The position numbers were made by a program, and so were the translations under genes. Shown one piece after another: positions 16,182 to 23,998 of a stretch of 64,000 bases of DNA. The DNA comes from a virus (Duplodnaviria; Heunggongvirae; Uroviricota; Caudoviricetes): the IMG/VR virus record IMGVR_UViG_3300020451_002055. One strand, 5' to 3'. Below the pieces are notes generated by a model. That model was given only the letters and a program-made list of their open reading frames with translations. It had not been told where the DNA came from and did not search any database. Numbering within the stretch: the stretch's first letter is position 1; every line of letters begins with the position of its first letter.

Positions 16182-16255
16182 GGGGATGTAGCTCAATTGA
16201 GTAGAGTGCCCGCCTGTCTAGCGGGTGGTTGAGGGTTCGAGTCCCTTCATCCTCG
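16182..16255 (+). tRNA. tRNA-Asp(GTC)
   Basis: GGGGATG/CATCCTC, CCCGC-CTGTCTA-GCGGG, GGTTCGAGTCC. Confidence 0.92.
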
Positions 16256-16268
16256 TTTGCCCAACTTT

Positions 16269-16340
16269 GGGGCGTTAGTTTAATCGGGAAAACCCCAGAC
16301 TGTCGATCTGGAATAGCGGGATCGAAACCCGCACGCCTCG
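16269..16340 (+). tRNA. tRNA-Asp(GTC)
   Basis: GGGGCGT/ACGCCTC, CCAGA-CTGTCGA-TCTGG, T arm GCGGG-ATCGAAA-CCCGC. Confidence 0.88.
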
Positions 16341-16361
16341 TTCTTACTCAGGAGACTCGCA

Positions 16362-16454
16362 ATGGACAATACCCCATTCTACAAACGATCCGCCTTCTGG
16401 AAAGGCGTTGCGTTTGGAGTCGTTGCCGGATTCCTCTTCGTGTTCCTTGCATGA
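16362..16454 (+). CDS. 30-aa single-TM small protein
   Basis: AGGAG RBS; MDNTPFYKRSAFWKGVAFGVVAGFLFVFLA*. Confidence 0.65.
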   Translation: MDNTPFYKRSAFWKGVAFGVVAGFLFVFLA

Positions 16455-16484
16455 AAGTGAAGAAGTCTTCCGATATCCTATGAC

Positions 16485-16714
16485 ATCGGCTACTCCGTAA
16501 CGATCTGCAACGCGGAGGTGCAAGCGAGGCTGAGGTAATCAGGAGGAACCTCGCTTGTAAAAGTCGCTGATTTGATTGAAGGTGCAGACAGTTGCTCGGC
16601 TAGGGACGCCTAAGTCGCCATCGGATGAAAGGGCCGGAAGCAGCTTTTCGTGAATCAGTAATGCTGGTTCTTAGTTGTTGACGAAACGACTGTAGCGACC
16701 TACCAATCGCTGCA
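16485..16714 (+). ncRNA. orphan structured RNA / leader of the Ro60 operon
   Basis: ORF-free; TGCAAGCGAGG/CCTCGCTTGTA, CTCCG/CGGAG; ends in the repeated AGCGACCTACCAATCGCT hairpin. Confidence 0.45.
16694..16711 (+). repeat. 18-nt hairpin repeat, copy 2
   Basis: Identical to 13789-13806. Confidence 0.85.
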
Positions 16715-16731
16715 CATTTTGGGATTGAGCA

Positions 16732-17244
16732 ATGCTGCTCGACAGTCTTAGGCCAACTCAATGCGGTCTTCGATACGTTGATCAGATTGCAAGCATGGTC
16801 GAGTTTGTCCGATCAGGCGGTGTCTTCTCGCAAGAAGCTCTGCTGAGGTTTGCGGAGGCAAACAATCATGAGCCGGACAACCTCATTCAGGTTCGTCGGT
16901 TTGAGGATGGGACTCACTTTATCCATGACGGGCACCATAGATGCCTTTCGATCTGGCTTGCCGGACGAGAGAACCTTGATGCCCAAGAATTTGATTTGTC
17001 TATCTGGCATTACCACCAGTATGGAGAGATCAACTTTGATGCGGGTTATGTGACACCACATGACCCGAGAGAAGAAACCCGATACGCCGACTTCTTTGGA
17101 TTCAAGTCGGAAGCTCGGAAGATTGCAGAAACTTCGGTCGAAGAAGCGATCGAGTTCATCAGAGGAAACAGGTCTCGTTACTGCGAGCCGCGGACCTGTT
17201 GGCATGTAAGAGATTTGGCCGCAACCTTGCCTCTAAGAGGCTGA
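16732..17244 (+). CDS. ParB/sulfiredoxin-like domain protein
   Basis: LRPTQ...I.V.....FIHDGHHR motif. Confidence 0.75.
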   Translation: MLLDSLRPTQCGLRYVDQIASMVEFVRSGGVFSQEALLRFAEANNHEPDNLIQVRRFEDGTHFIHDGHHRCLSIWLAGRENLDAQEFDLSIWHYHQYGEINFDAGYVTPHDPREETRYADFFGFKSEARKIAETSVEEAIEFIRGNRSRYCEPRTCWHVRDLAATLPLRG

Positions 17245-17262
17245 AAGAAGGAGGATCGAAAG

Positions 17263-18933
17263 ATGGCATACACGAAGCACTTCAGCGCAAAGAAGACCCC
17301 GCAGAACGTCCCGACTCCGGGGAAGAACCAGAAGAAGAACAACGCGGGCGGTTACGTCTATGAGATCACTCCTTGGGATCGCTTGCAGCGATTCCTGATC
17401 CTAGGCTCCGAGGGCGGCTCGTACTACGTCGGCGAGCGTAAGCTCACCGTCGATAACGCGAACTGCGTAATCGATTGCCTCAAGGAGGACGGTCGTCGCG
17501 TCGTGGACATGATCGTGGAGATTTCGGATGCGGGTCGCGCCGCTAAGAACACTCCGGCTCTGTTCGCGCTGGCTCTCGCTGCATCGGCGGATGAGCTTGA
17601 GACCCGCAAGTACGCGCTCGCAAACCTCTCGAAGGTTGCGCGTATCGGTACTCACCTCTTCGAGTTCGCGCAGTTCGTCAACCAGTTCCGTGGTTGGGGT
17701 CGTAACCTCAAGGAGTCGATCGCTAACTGGTACCTTGACATGGACGCAGAGCGTCTGGCCTACCAGGTCGTCAAGTACCCGCAGCGCACGACCGAGGAGG
17801 GCGACAGCCTGTCGGTATGGTCGCACCGCGACCTGCTCCGTAAGGTCCGCCCGAGCAACGTCAAGGGAGATCACAACAAGATCTTCGGCTATGTAACTCA
17901 GGGATGGGACACCATCCCGAGCCGTAGCCCGAAGGCTTTGCAGATCATCCGCGGAACCGAGAAGATCAAGCGAGCAAAGAGCGCAGATGAGGCCGCAGGT
18001 CTCATCGAGGAGTTCTCGTTGCCGCACGAGGTTGTTCCGAAGGAGTTCTCGGGAGATCCGAAGGTTCTCACCGCCCTCCTGCAGAGCATGCCGTTGACTG
18101 CGACGATGCGTAACCTTGGTCGCTTGACCGCGCGAGGCGTTCTTGTCCCGATGGGCAAGGAGACCTCGATGGTTATCGATCGCCTGACGGATGAGGACTA
18201 CATCCGCAAGAGCAGGATCCACCCGATCAACGTTCTTGCGGCTCTGAAGACCTACTCGCAGGGCTCAGGTCACCGCGGAAGCATGTCTTGGCAGCCGATT
18301 CAGCCGATCGTCGATGCTCTCGACTCGATGCTCTACAAGAGCTTCGGGAACATCGAGCCGACCGGCAAGAAGATTCTCATTGCCCTCGATGTTTCGGCGT
18401 CGATGGACTGGGACGGCTGCTCGGGCTTGAGCCAGATTACTCCGCGCGAGGCTTCGGCTGTCATGTCCATGGCAACCGCTCGCGTTGAGAAGAACTACCA
18501 CATCGTCGCTTTCTCAAGCGGCGGTTGGTCGAGAGGCTCGGGCCGTAGTCGCTACGGTTGGGGCTCGGGTATCCAGGATGTGGCGATCTCGCCTCGTCAG
18601 CGTTTGGACTCGGTAGTTAGCACCGTTTCTAGCCTGCCAGCAGGCGGAACCGACTGCGCTTTGCCGATGCTCTACGCTACCGAGAAGGGAATGGACATCG
18701 ACGCATTCGTTGTCTACACGGACAACGATACCTGGGCAGGAGACATCCACGCGGATCAGGCACTCAGAGAGTACCGCCGAAAGTTCAACCCGGAGGCGAA
18801 GCTCATTGTTGCCGGAACCGCATCGACCGAGTTCTCGATCGCTGACCCGAGCGATCCGGGCATGCTCGATGTTGTCGGATTCGACTCGTCGGCTCCGAGC
18901 GTCATCTCCTCGTTCATTCGAGGCATGGACTAA
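17263..18933 (+). CDS. rsr: Ro60 / TROVE-vWA RNA-binding protein
   Basis: NNAGGY, RFLILGSEGGSYY, RGWGR, WSHRDLLR, MP.TA.RNL, R.HP, vWA DVSAS, GGTDCALP, VYTDNDT, GMLDVVGFD. Confidence 0.97.
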   Translation: MAYTKHFSAKKTPQNVPTPGKNQKKNNAGGYVYEITPWDRLQRFLILGSEGGSYYVGERKLTVDNANCVIDCLKEDGRRVVDMIVEISDAGRAAKNTPALFALALAASADELETRKYALANLSKVARIGTHLFEFAQFVNQFRGWGRNLKESIANWYLDMDAERLAYQVVKYPQRTTEEGDSLSVWSHRDLLRKVRPSNVKGDHNKIFGYVTQGWDTIPSRSPKALQIIRGTEKIKRAKSADEAAGLIEEFSLPHEVVPKEFSGDPKVLTALLQSMPLTATMRNLGRLTARGVLVPMGKETSMVIDRLTDEDYIRKSRIHPINVLAALKTYSQGSGHRGSMSWQPIQPIVDALDSMLYKSFGNIEPTGKKILIALDVSASMDWDGCSGLSQITPREASAVMSMATARVEKNYHIVAFSSGGWSRGSGRSRYGWGSGIQDVAISPRQRLDSVVSTVSSLPAGGTDCALPMLYATEKGMDIDAFVVYTDNDTWAGDIHADQALREYRRKFNPEAKLIVAGTASTEFSIADPSDPGMLDVVGFDSSAPSVISSFIRGMD

Positions 18934-18959
18934 CCCTCAGAGACAACTCTGATACAAAC

Positions 18960-18995
18960 AAAGGGGCTTCCCGTTAGGGAGGCCCCTTTTTTTTT
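18960..18995. terminator. bidirectional terminator between convergent genes
   Basis: AAAAGGGGCTTCCC/GGGAGGCCCCTTTT with T run. Confidence 0.85.
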
Positions 18996-18998
18996 CAA

Positions 18999-20699
18999 TT
19001 ACCCTAGAGCATCATTCCTAAAGAACTCAACAATGTCTGCCGGGTCAGAAGGCATAATGCCTCGTAGAAGATTCTCCACAAGGTCGCTGCCATAAACATC
19101 TGTCATCTTAGGAGCATTGTAGCTGATCTGCTCGTTTCCGCTGCTTTGGAAATCATTTGCATCAACGCTATTGCCTCCTCCTGTTCTTCGATAGATGCCT
19201 CCGAACTCATCGCCGAGGCCGTCTTCTCCTAGGTCGTACTTGTTGTCCGCGACAACAAGATTTCCATTGACCTCGGACGAGAACAATACAAGCGAGCCGT
19301 ATCCTGCAACAATGTTTCCGCTGATGGTTACGGTTGCGTTACCAGGGGCATCGTTATCGTACTCAAGACCTCGATTCTGTCCGGTTCCATCAGAGATGAT
19401 GACGTTGTTCTTCATCTCGGATGGCTGATCAACAGGTCTTAGATGCAGAGCCCAGTTTCTACGCTCCTTATTATTGATGTTCTCGCCTTCGATAACTAGG
19501 TTGTTGTTACAGATGCCTCGACAATCCATATCTCCGGCCTCCCTAATGGCTTCCGGCGAGCCAACAAAAGCTCCGAGACCGTTTGCATGGAAGACATTGT
19601 TCTCTAGGACGCCGCCAGAGCGAAGCTGAATGCCGTGACTACCGTTTCGATAGCAGTAGTTGTTGCGGAAAATGATGGGCTGACCTCTGTCAGGACGATC
19701 GTCGCACCAATACTGAGTATAGATGCCATGACTATAGATAGAAGCATTAGCTCTGTCATCGTCTCTAACATCAGCAGGTAGCTGAGCCTGTATTGGGGGA
19801 TGCCAGGTCGTAAAGCCGTTCAACGCAACGATGTTGTATTCGAAGATGATACCTCGAACGCCGTTGAAGTAGCCGCCCTGCGATCTTGCTGCGTGTCGAT
19901 CCGGATCGTCTGCACCATCAATGGCCCGACCGTTTCCGTTTCTAGCTATGACGCATCCGCCAACGTAAAGATTCTCGTACCATTCGTTGTTGTTCTTGGC
20001 TTTGCCGCCATTGTCGATAACAAAGCCATCCATGAACCATTGAATGTCAAGGTCTTCGAATCTGACGTTGAGACCCTTATCTACAATAGAGACTCCCTTA
20101 CCTCTAAACTCAGAGCCTTGCTTCGGGCGGAAACGGATACCGGAAATGAGAGCGTTCTCGCAGTATCCCTTTCCATTGCCGACCATTGACATAACCGTCT
20201 TACCTTCTTCTTCGGGTCTGATTGTAGGTCTGTTGCCTGATCCGTATCTACCGAAGATAGCTGGCTTGTTTGGATTGCTTGACTGAAGAAACTGTCCCCA
20301 GCCCCAGAATGTATCTCTTGTATTGATAAGGTACTCTCCGCCTGCTTGTAGCAGGAGAGCAGGTATTTTACCGTTGCCTCTAGCTTGTTTTGCTTGCTCG
20401 ACAAACGGAGTGATGTTTACAGGCGAACTCTGAGCTTCAACCCGAATGACCTCGTAATCCGAATCGCTTAGATCGATGCTCTGCAAAAGCGGCTCAAAGC
20501 CAGTCGAAGGTGGCGGTGGAGGAGGGGGAGGTGGCGGTGGAGGAGGGGGAGGAGGTTGGCATGGGACCGAAGGCGGGTAGTTACACCTTGACTGGCATGC
20601 CGAGTTGCCAACATTCTTTAGCAAACTCAACGAAGCTGCATTCAGTCCATTGAGTGCGCGGTAAAACTCAGCAGAATACTGCTCTAGTTCATCACTCAT
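18999..20699 (-). CDS. right-handed beta-helix (pectin-lyase-like) protein with poly-Pro linker
   Basis: Asn/Gly-rich repeats (SHGIY..FRNNYCYRNGSHGIQLRSGG..ENNVF), 17-Pro tract near the N-terminus. Confidence 0.8.
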   Translation of the reverse strand: MSDELEQYSAEFYRALNGLNAASLSLLKNVGNSACQSRCNYPPSVPCQPPPPPPPPPPPPPPPPSTGFEPLLQSIDLSDSDYEVIRVEAQSSPVNITPFVEQAKQARGNGKIPALLLQAGGEYLINTRDTFWGWGQFLQSSNPNKPAIFGRYGSGNRPTIRPEEEGKTVMSMVGNGKGYCENALISGIRFRPKQGSEFRGKGVSIVDKGLNVRFEDLDIQWFMDGFVIDNGGKAKNNNEWYENLYVGGCVIARNGNGRAIDGADDPDRHAARSQGGYFNGVRGIIFEYNIVALNGFTTWHPPIQAQLPADVRDDDRANASIYSHGIYTQYWCDDRPDRGQPIIFRNNYCYRNGSHGIQLRSGGVLENNVFHANGLGAFVGSPEAIREAGDMDCRGICNNNLVIEGENINNKERRNWALHLRPVDQPSEMKNNVIISDGTGQNRGLEYDNDAPGNATVTISGNIVAGYGSLVLFSSEVNGNLVVADNKYDLGEDGLGDEFGGIYRRTGGGNSVDANDFQSSGNEQISYNAPKMTDVYGSDLVENLLRGIMPSDPADIVEFFRNDALG

Positions 20700-20871
20700 A
20701 TCGATATTCCTTATGGGGCCTATTCCCTAGGAACTCTATACAAGTCGTTTTAGGGGAAAGTCCTTGTTGGAGTGAGCATTTTGTCTGCGTGAAAGTCTAA
20801 ATCAGATACTTCTTCTTACCGAATTCACATTCATGCTGGATGCTCCTGTAGAGGTCCAGCGACAAACGTTG

Positions 20872-20892
20872 ACCTTGCTTACATAAGGAGGT
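20872..20892 (+). promoter_or_regulatory. ROSE-like RNA thermometer over the hsp20 RBS
   Basis: ACCTT(G)CTT-ACAT-AAGGAGGT: UUGCU pairs with AGGA leaving a bulged G; upstream hairpin GCTGGA/TCCAGC. Confidence 0.7.
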
Positions 20893-20897
20893 AGACA

Positions 20898-21413
20898 ATG
20901 GCAAGCAACAACGGTCTTTCCCGTCGTGCGCCGACAACCAACAGTCGGCAAGAGATGATTCGCGGTAGCGAGCATCCTCTCAACTTCAATAGTCCTGTTC
21001 TGGACCGCTTCTTTAATTCAAGCATCGGATTCAATGAGATGTTTGATCGCCTTTTCGAAGGCGTCCCAAAGAAGCTCGACTCATATCCGCCTTACAACTT
21101 GTTCAAGTACGACAGCGGCTATTTACTAGAAATGGCAGTTGCGGGTTTTCCTCGCGACAACATCAGTATTTACCGCGAAAACGGAGACCTCATTATCGAA
21201 GGAAGCAAGCCATCGATGAGCGAGGAAGAACAAGAAGCGAACTGCAAATCGGTTCTCCATCAAGGCTTGGCCCTTCGGGGTTTCAAACAGGTTTTGAAGG
21301 TTTCGGATTTGATCGAGGTCCAAGAGGCCCGCCTCGAAGACGGCATCCTCAGGATCAAGCTCGAACAGGTAGAGCCTGATCCGCCCGATCGAGAGTATAT
21401 ACAGATCGGGTAA
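20898..21413 (+). CDS. small heat shock protein Hsp20 (IbpA-like)
   Basis: IGF..MFD, SYPPYN, LEMAVAGF, HQGLA.R.F, A.LEDGIL.I. Confidence 0.95.
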   Translation: MASNNGLSRRAPTTNSRQEMIRGSEHPLNFNSPVLDRFFNSSIGFNEMFDRLFEGVPKKLDSYPPYNLFKYDSGYLLEMAVAGFPRDNISIYRENGDLIIEGSKPSMSEEEQEANCKSVLHQGLALRGFKQVLKVSDLIEVQEARLEDGILRIKLEQVEPDPPDREYIQIG

Positions 21414-21416
21414 GAT

Positions 21417-21440
21417 AAAGGCCCTCGAAAGAGGGCCTTT
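21417..21440. terminator. bidirectional terminator
   Basis: AAAGGCCCTC-GAAA-GAGGGCCTTT between convergent genes. Confidence 0.8.
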
Positions 21441-21445
21441 GTCTT

Positions 21446-21730
21446 TTACATGATCATTGGGTCTTCAGGAACGACTTGTATATTGCCATTTATCTGCATC
21501 AACAAGTTCTGCTGATGCATAGTCAGTTGACCGCCTTGCTCGTTTGCAACCATCATAGATGCAGAATTAGCAGCATTGTAGATTTCATCAGGCATCAAAA
21601 GGCCTTCATCTACTGCATCTAGGTTATGCATTAGGTCTGGCACATGCACGTCTTGATCCCTAGCAGACCTGAGCCAGCCAACTATGAGGTTGACCATATT
21701 CATGTTTTGGGCTCTTTTATACCAGTTCAT
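21446..21730 (-). CDS. hypothetical protein (MNWYKRAQ N-terminus)
   Basis: ATGA overlap; N-terminal motif shared with 38810..39181. Confidence 0.75.
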   Translation of the reverse strand: MNWYKRAQNMNMVNLIVGWLRSARDQDVHVPDLMHNLDAVDEGLLMPDEIYNAANSASMMVANEQGGQLTMHQQNLLMQINGNIQVVPEDPMIM

Positions 21731-22473
21731 CGTTGAATGCTAAAGTTGAAAAGCCTTGCATCATCTTTGGATGTAGCTTCATGATCATACTCTTTGAGGT
21801 AAAGGGTGTCTTCGCTGAATCCCCTAGATACTAGATACTCGCAAAACTCTCTCCAACCTTTGATAATACCGTTTATCTCGCCTCCGAAAGCGCTCGCATG
21901 AAGCTCTCCAACGATGCGGTCTACTTTGTTGAGGAGACTGGAGGTATAGAGAATTTCAAACTCGGAGCCTTCGCAATCAAGCTTGAGTATATCTATCTTC
22001 TTGAACCCGTCAGATATAGCTCCATCGATGATCTCGTCTAAGCCTATAGATTCAACAGCTAGCTTACCTGTAACAGAACAAACGCTTGCTCCGGTATTTT
22101 GGATATTTCGATACTTAGGGATACTCTCATTCATAATGGGAAACTGATCATCTAGGATATAGACCTGTTCTTTTATATCGCTGCGCCATACCGCCTTGTT
22201 CCAAGATTGTATGAGAGGGTTGTTGCCTGTATTTTTCAGAAGGTACTTGAAGTTTTCCGGATGAGGCTCGAAGGCATAGACGACTGCTCCCCTCTGAGCG
22301 GCGGCCAGGGCAAAGACTCCGATATGCGCTCCTACGTCGATGCAGCATTGCCTCTCCATGGACAGAGAACGCTTTTTGAGAGTTGTAACGAAATGCTCAG
22401 GAAGGCCATAATTGTTGGTGCCGAAAATTTCGTCAACGATCATAGAGTCGATTGTATTGGGTCTTAGAAACAT
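21727..22473 (-). CDS. FkbM-family methyltransferase
   Basis: IDVGAHIG, AFEP.PENF, KLDCEGSE. Confidence 0.92.
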   Translation of the reverse strand: MFLRPNTIDSMIVDEIFGTNNYGLPEHFVTTLKKRSLSMERQCCIDVGAHIGVFALAAAQRGAVVYAFEPHPENFKYLLKNTGNNPLIQSWNKAVWRSDIKEQVYILDDQFPIMNESIPKYRNIQNTGASVCSVTGKLAVESIGLDEIIDGAISDGFKKIDILKLDCEGSEFEILYTSSLLNKVDRIVGELHASAFGGEINGIIKGWREFCEYLVSRGFSEDTLYLKEYDHEATSKDDARLFNFSIQR

Positions 22474-22479
22474 AGTTGC

Positions 22480-23070
22480 CTAGGCATTCTTAGTATAGCC
22501 CATTCTGGTTAGCGCCCTTGCAATATCTCTTGAGGTTTCCTGAATCGCTGATTCGTCAAAATCCCAAAAGCATGCATAGAGCATATAGGTGATATACTGC
22601 GATAGCTCCTTTTCTCCCTTGAGACTGACCCTCATACGCAGAACTTTGTTCTTTGTATAGGGAGATGAAACTTCTCCATTGACTCCGGTTTTTAGACCAG
22701 AGACTCGTTCGTGCTTATATCTTTTACCGCGGAGAAGAAGATACTGAGCCTTTTTGCCCTGATAGCCTTCTTCATCGCTCATATGCCAACCGAATCGCCA
22801 CAGAGCGCGGGCGATATCAGAGGCAGATTGCTCAATCCCCTCTTCGCTCACATCCCAGAAGCAAGCATGAAGCATTTCATGAATCAATACGTCCAACCGG
22901 CGTTCGCCCTTGAGTCCAGAGAAGTATCGTATGGTACGATTGGGGCTATTCGGACTTGAACAGTCTCCGTAAATAGGGCTCTCTTCAGGTCCAAGCTTAG
23001 ACGCTAGTATAACTCGATAGCTTCGCTTCCGTAATGTGATCCTCTTGATGTTCTCAAAGGCTTTGCGCAT
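22480..23070 (-). CDS. duplicated-domain HExxH metallopeptidase-like protein
   Basis: LIHEMLHACFWD in repeat 1; degenerate TYMLYACFWD in repeat 2. Confidence 0.75.
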   Translation of the reverse strand: MRKAFENIKRITLRKRSYRVILASKLGPEESPIYGDCSSPNSPNRTIRYFSGLKGERRLDVLIHEMLHACFWDVSEEGIEQSASDIARALWRFGWHMSDEEGYQGKKAQYLLLRGKRYKHERVSGLKTGVNGEVSSPYTKNKVLRMRVSLKGEKELSQYITYMLYACFWDFDESAIQETSRDIARALTRMGYTKNA

Positions 23071-23998
23071 CTTCCTTCTTCTCTGCCGCCACAGACAGGA
23101 ACTCATACACGGTCGGATTCGTTACCAGGTCTTCAGGAGTCGCATTTGCAGGAACGAGTTCTGTCAGCAACCTGTATACTACTGAATCGGCATGATCCTG
23201 CGAAATCGGTACGGACTCCCGATAGAAACCTATGTCTCCCATGTATTCGTGACAAGCATGCGAACCGGAAATGATGCTTGGAGCAAAACTAAAGGGGATA
23301 ATCCCTTGCAGGATAGCAAGTATCGTCGTTTCTATATGGTCAGAAGCTATTTTCTTGCAGTTTCTTAGTCTAATACCATTGGACTTAGAATGTATGTATT
23401 CTGCCCCTATATTTGAAGCAAAGTTCTCGGCAACTTTGCGTGTTTCTATTGGAAATGACGAATCGGTCAGAACTTGGTCAAATCGGATGTCGTGTTTTTC
23501 AAAGAGATCAATGGACCTCTGAGTGTCTATAAGACATCGAGCGGGCACATAAACTTCATGACCATCTTCTGCAGGACCGCTCCTTGCAACGCCATGATCC
23601 TTCATGAAGCTGTCAAGTCCCCTGCGACCCATTTTGGTCAAGGGCTTCCTCCAATTGGTCTGCTTGCATATACGACTATGCTTGCCCCAGCCTTCCATAT
23701 CATAGAGGAAGGTATATGACCTGAACGGAGAAGAGTCTACGAACAAGCAGTTCTTATAGCGGACATGCTTGTGTATCTCGCCATCGTTGTTGTTCTGCAG
23801 TATGACACTATCTGCTGAGGCTATTCTTTCATGGATATGGCTGAGAGGACAATCATCATAATGAATCCATTCGTATTCAAATCCATGATCCGCGAGTAAA
23901 AACTCGATAGCTCCTGCTGCTCTAAATCTATAGTTGGAAGAGGTTGCAAGTACAATCATTTGTTGCTTCCGGGTTTGTATTGATGGGTTGTCTGCCAA
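23054..23998 (-). CDS. capsular-polysaccharide/glycosyltransferase-like protein
   Basis: Collinear in the glycosylation cluster; weak resemblance only. Confidence 0.5.
   Translation of the reverse strand: MADNPSIQTRKQQMIVLATSSNYRFRAAGAIEFLLADHGFEYEWIHYDDCPLSHIHERIASADSVILQNNNDGEIHKHVRYKNCLFVDSSPFRSYTFLYDMEGWGKHSRICKQTNWRKPLTKMGRRGLDSFMKDHGVARSGPAEDGHEVYVPARCLIDTQRSIDLFEKHDIRFDQVLTDSSFPIETRKVAENFASNIGAEYIHSKSNGIRLRNCKKIASDHIETTILAILQGIIPFSFAPSIISGSHACHEYMGDIGFYRESVPISQDHADSVVYRLLTELVPANATPEDLVTNPTVYEFLSVAAEKKEDAQSL

Noticed and set aside
15229-16483. ORFs 15229..15588(-), 15590..16072(-), 15846..16079(+), 16229..16483(+)
   Set aside because: They overlap tRNA or Y RNA genes or structured RNA and lack RBS or protein-like features.
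3288-18222. Long antisense ORFs such as 3288..4310, 10616..11893 and 17401..18222
   Set aside because: They are shadows of well-supported genes on the opposite strand.
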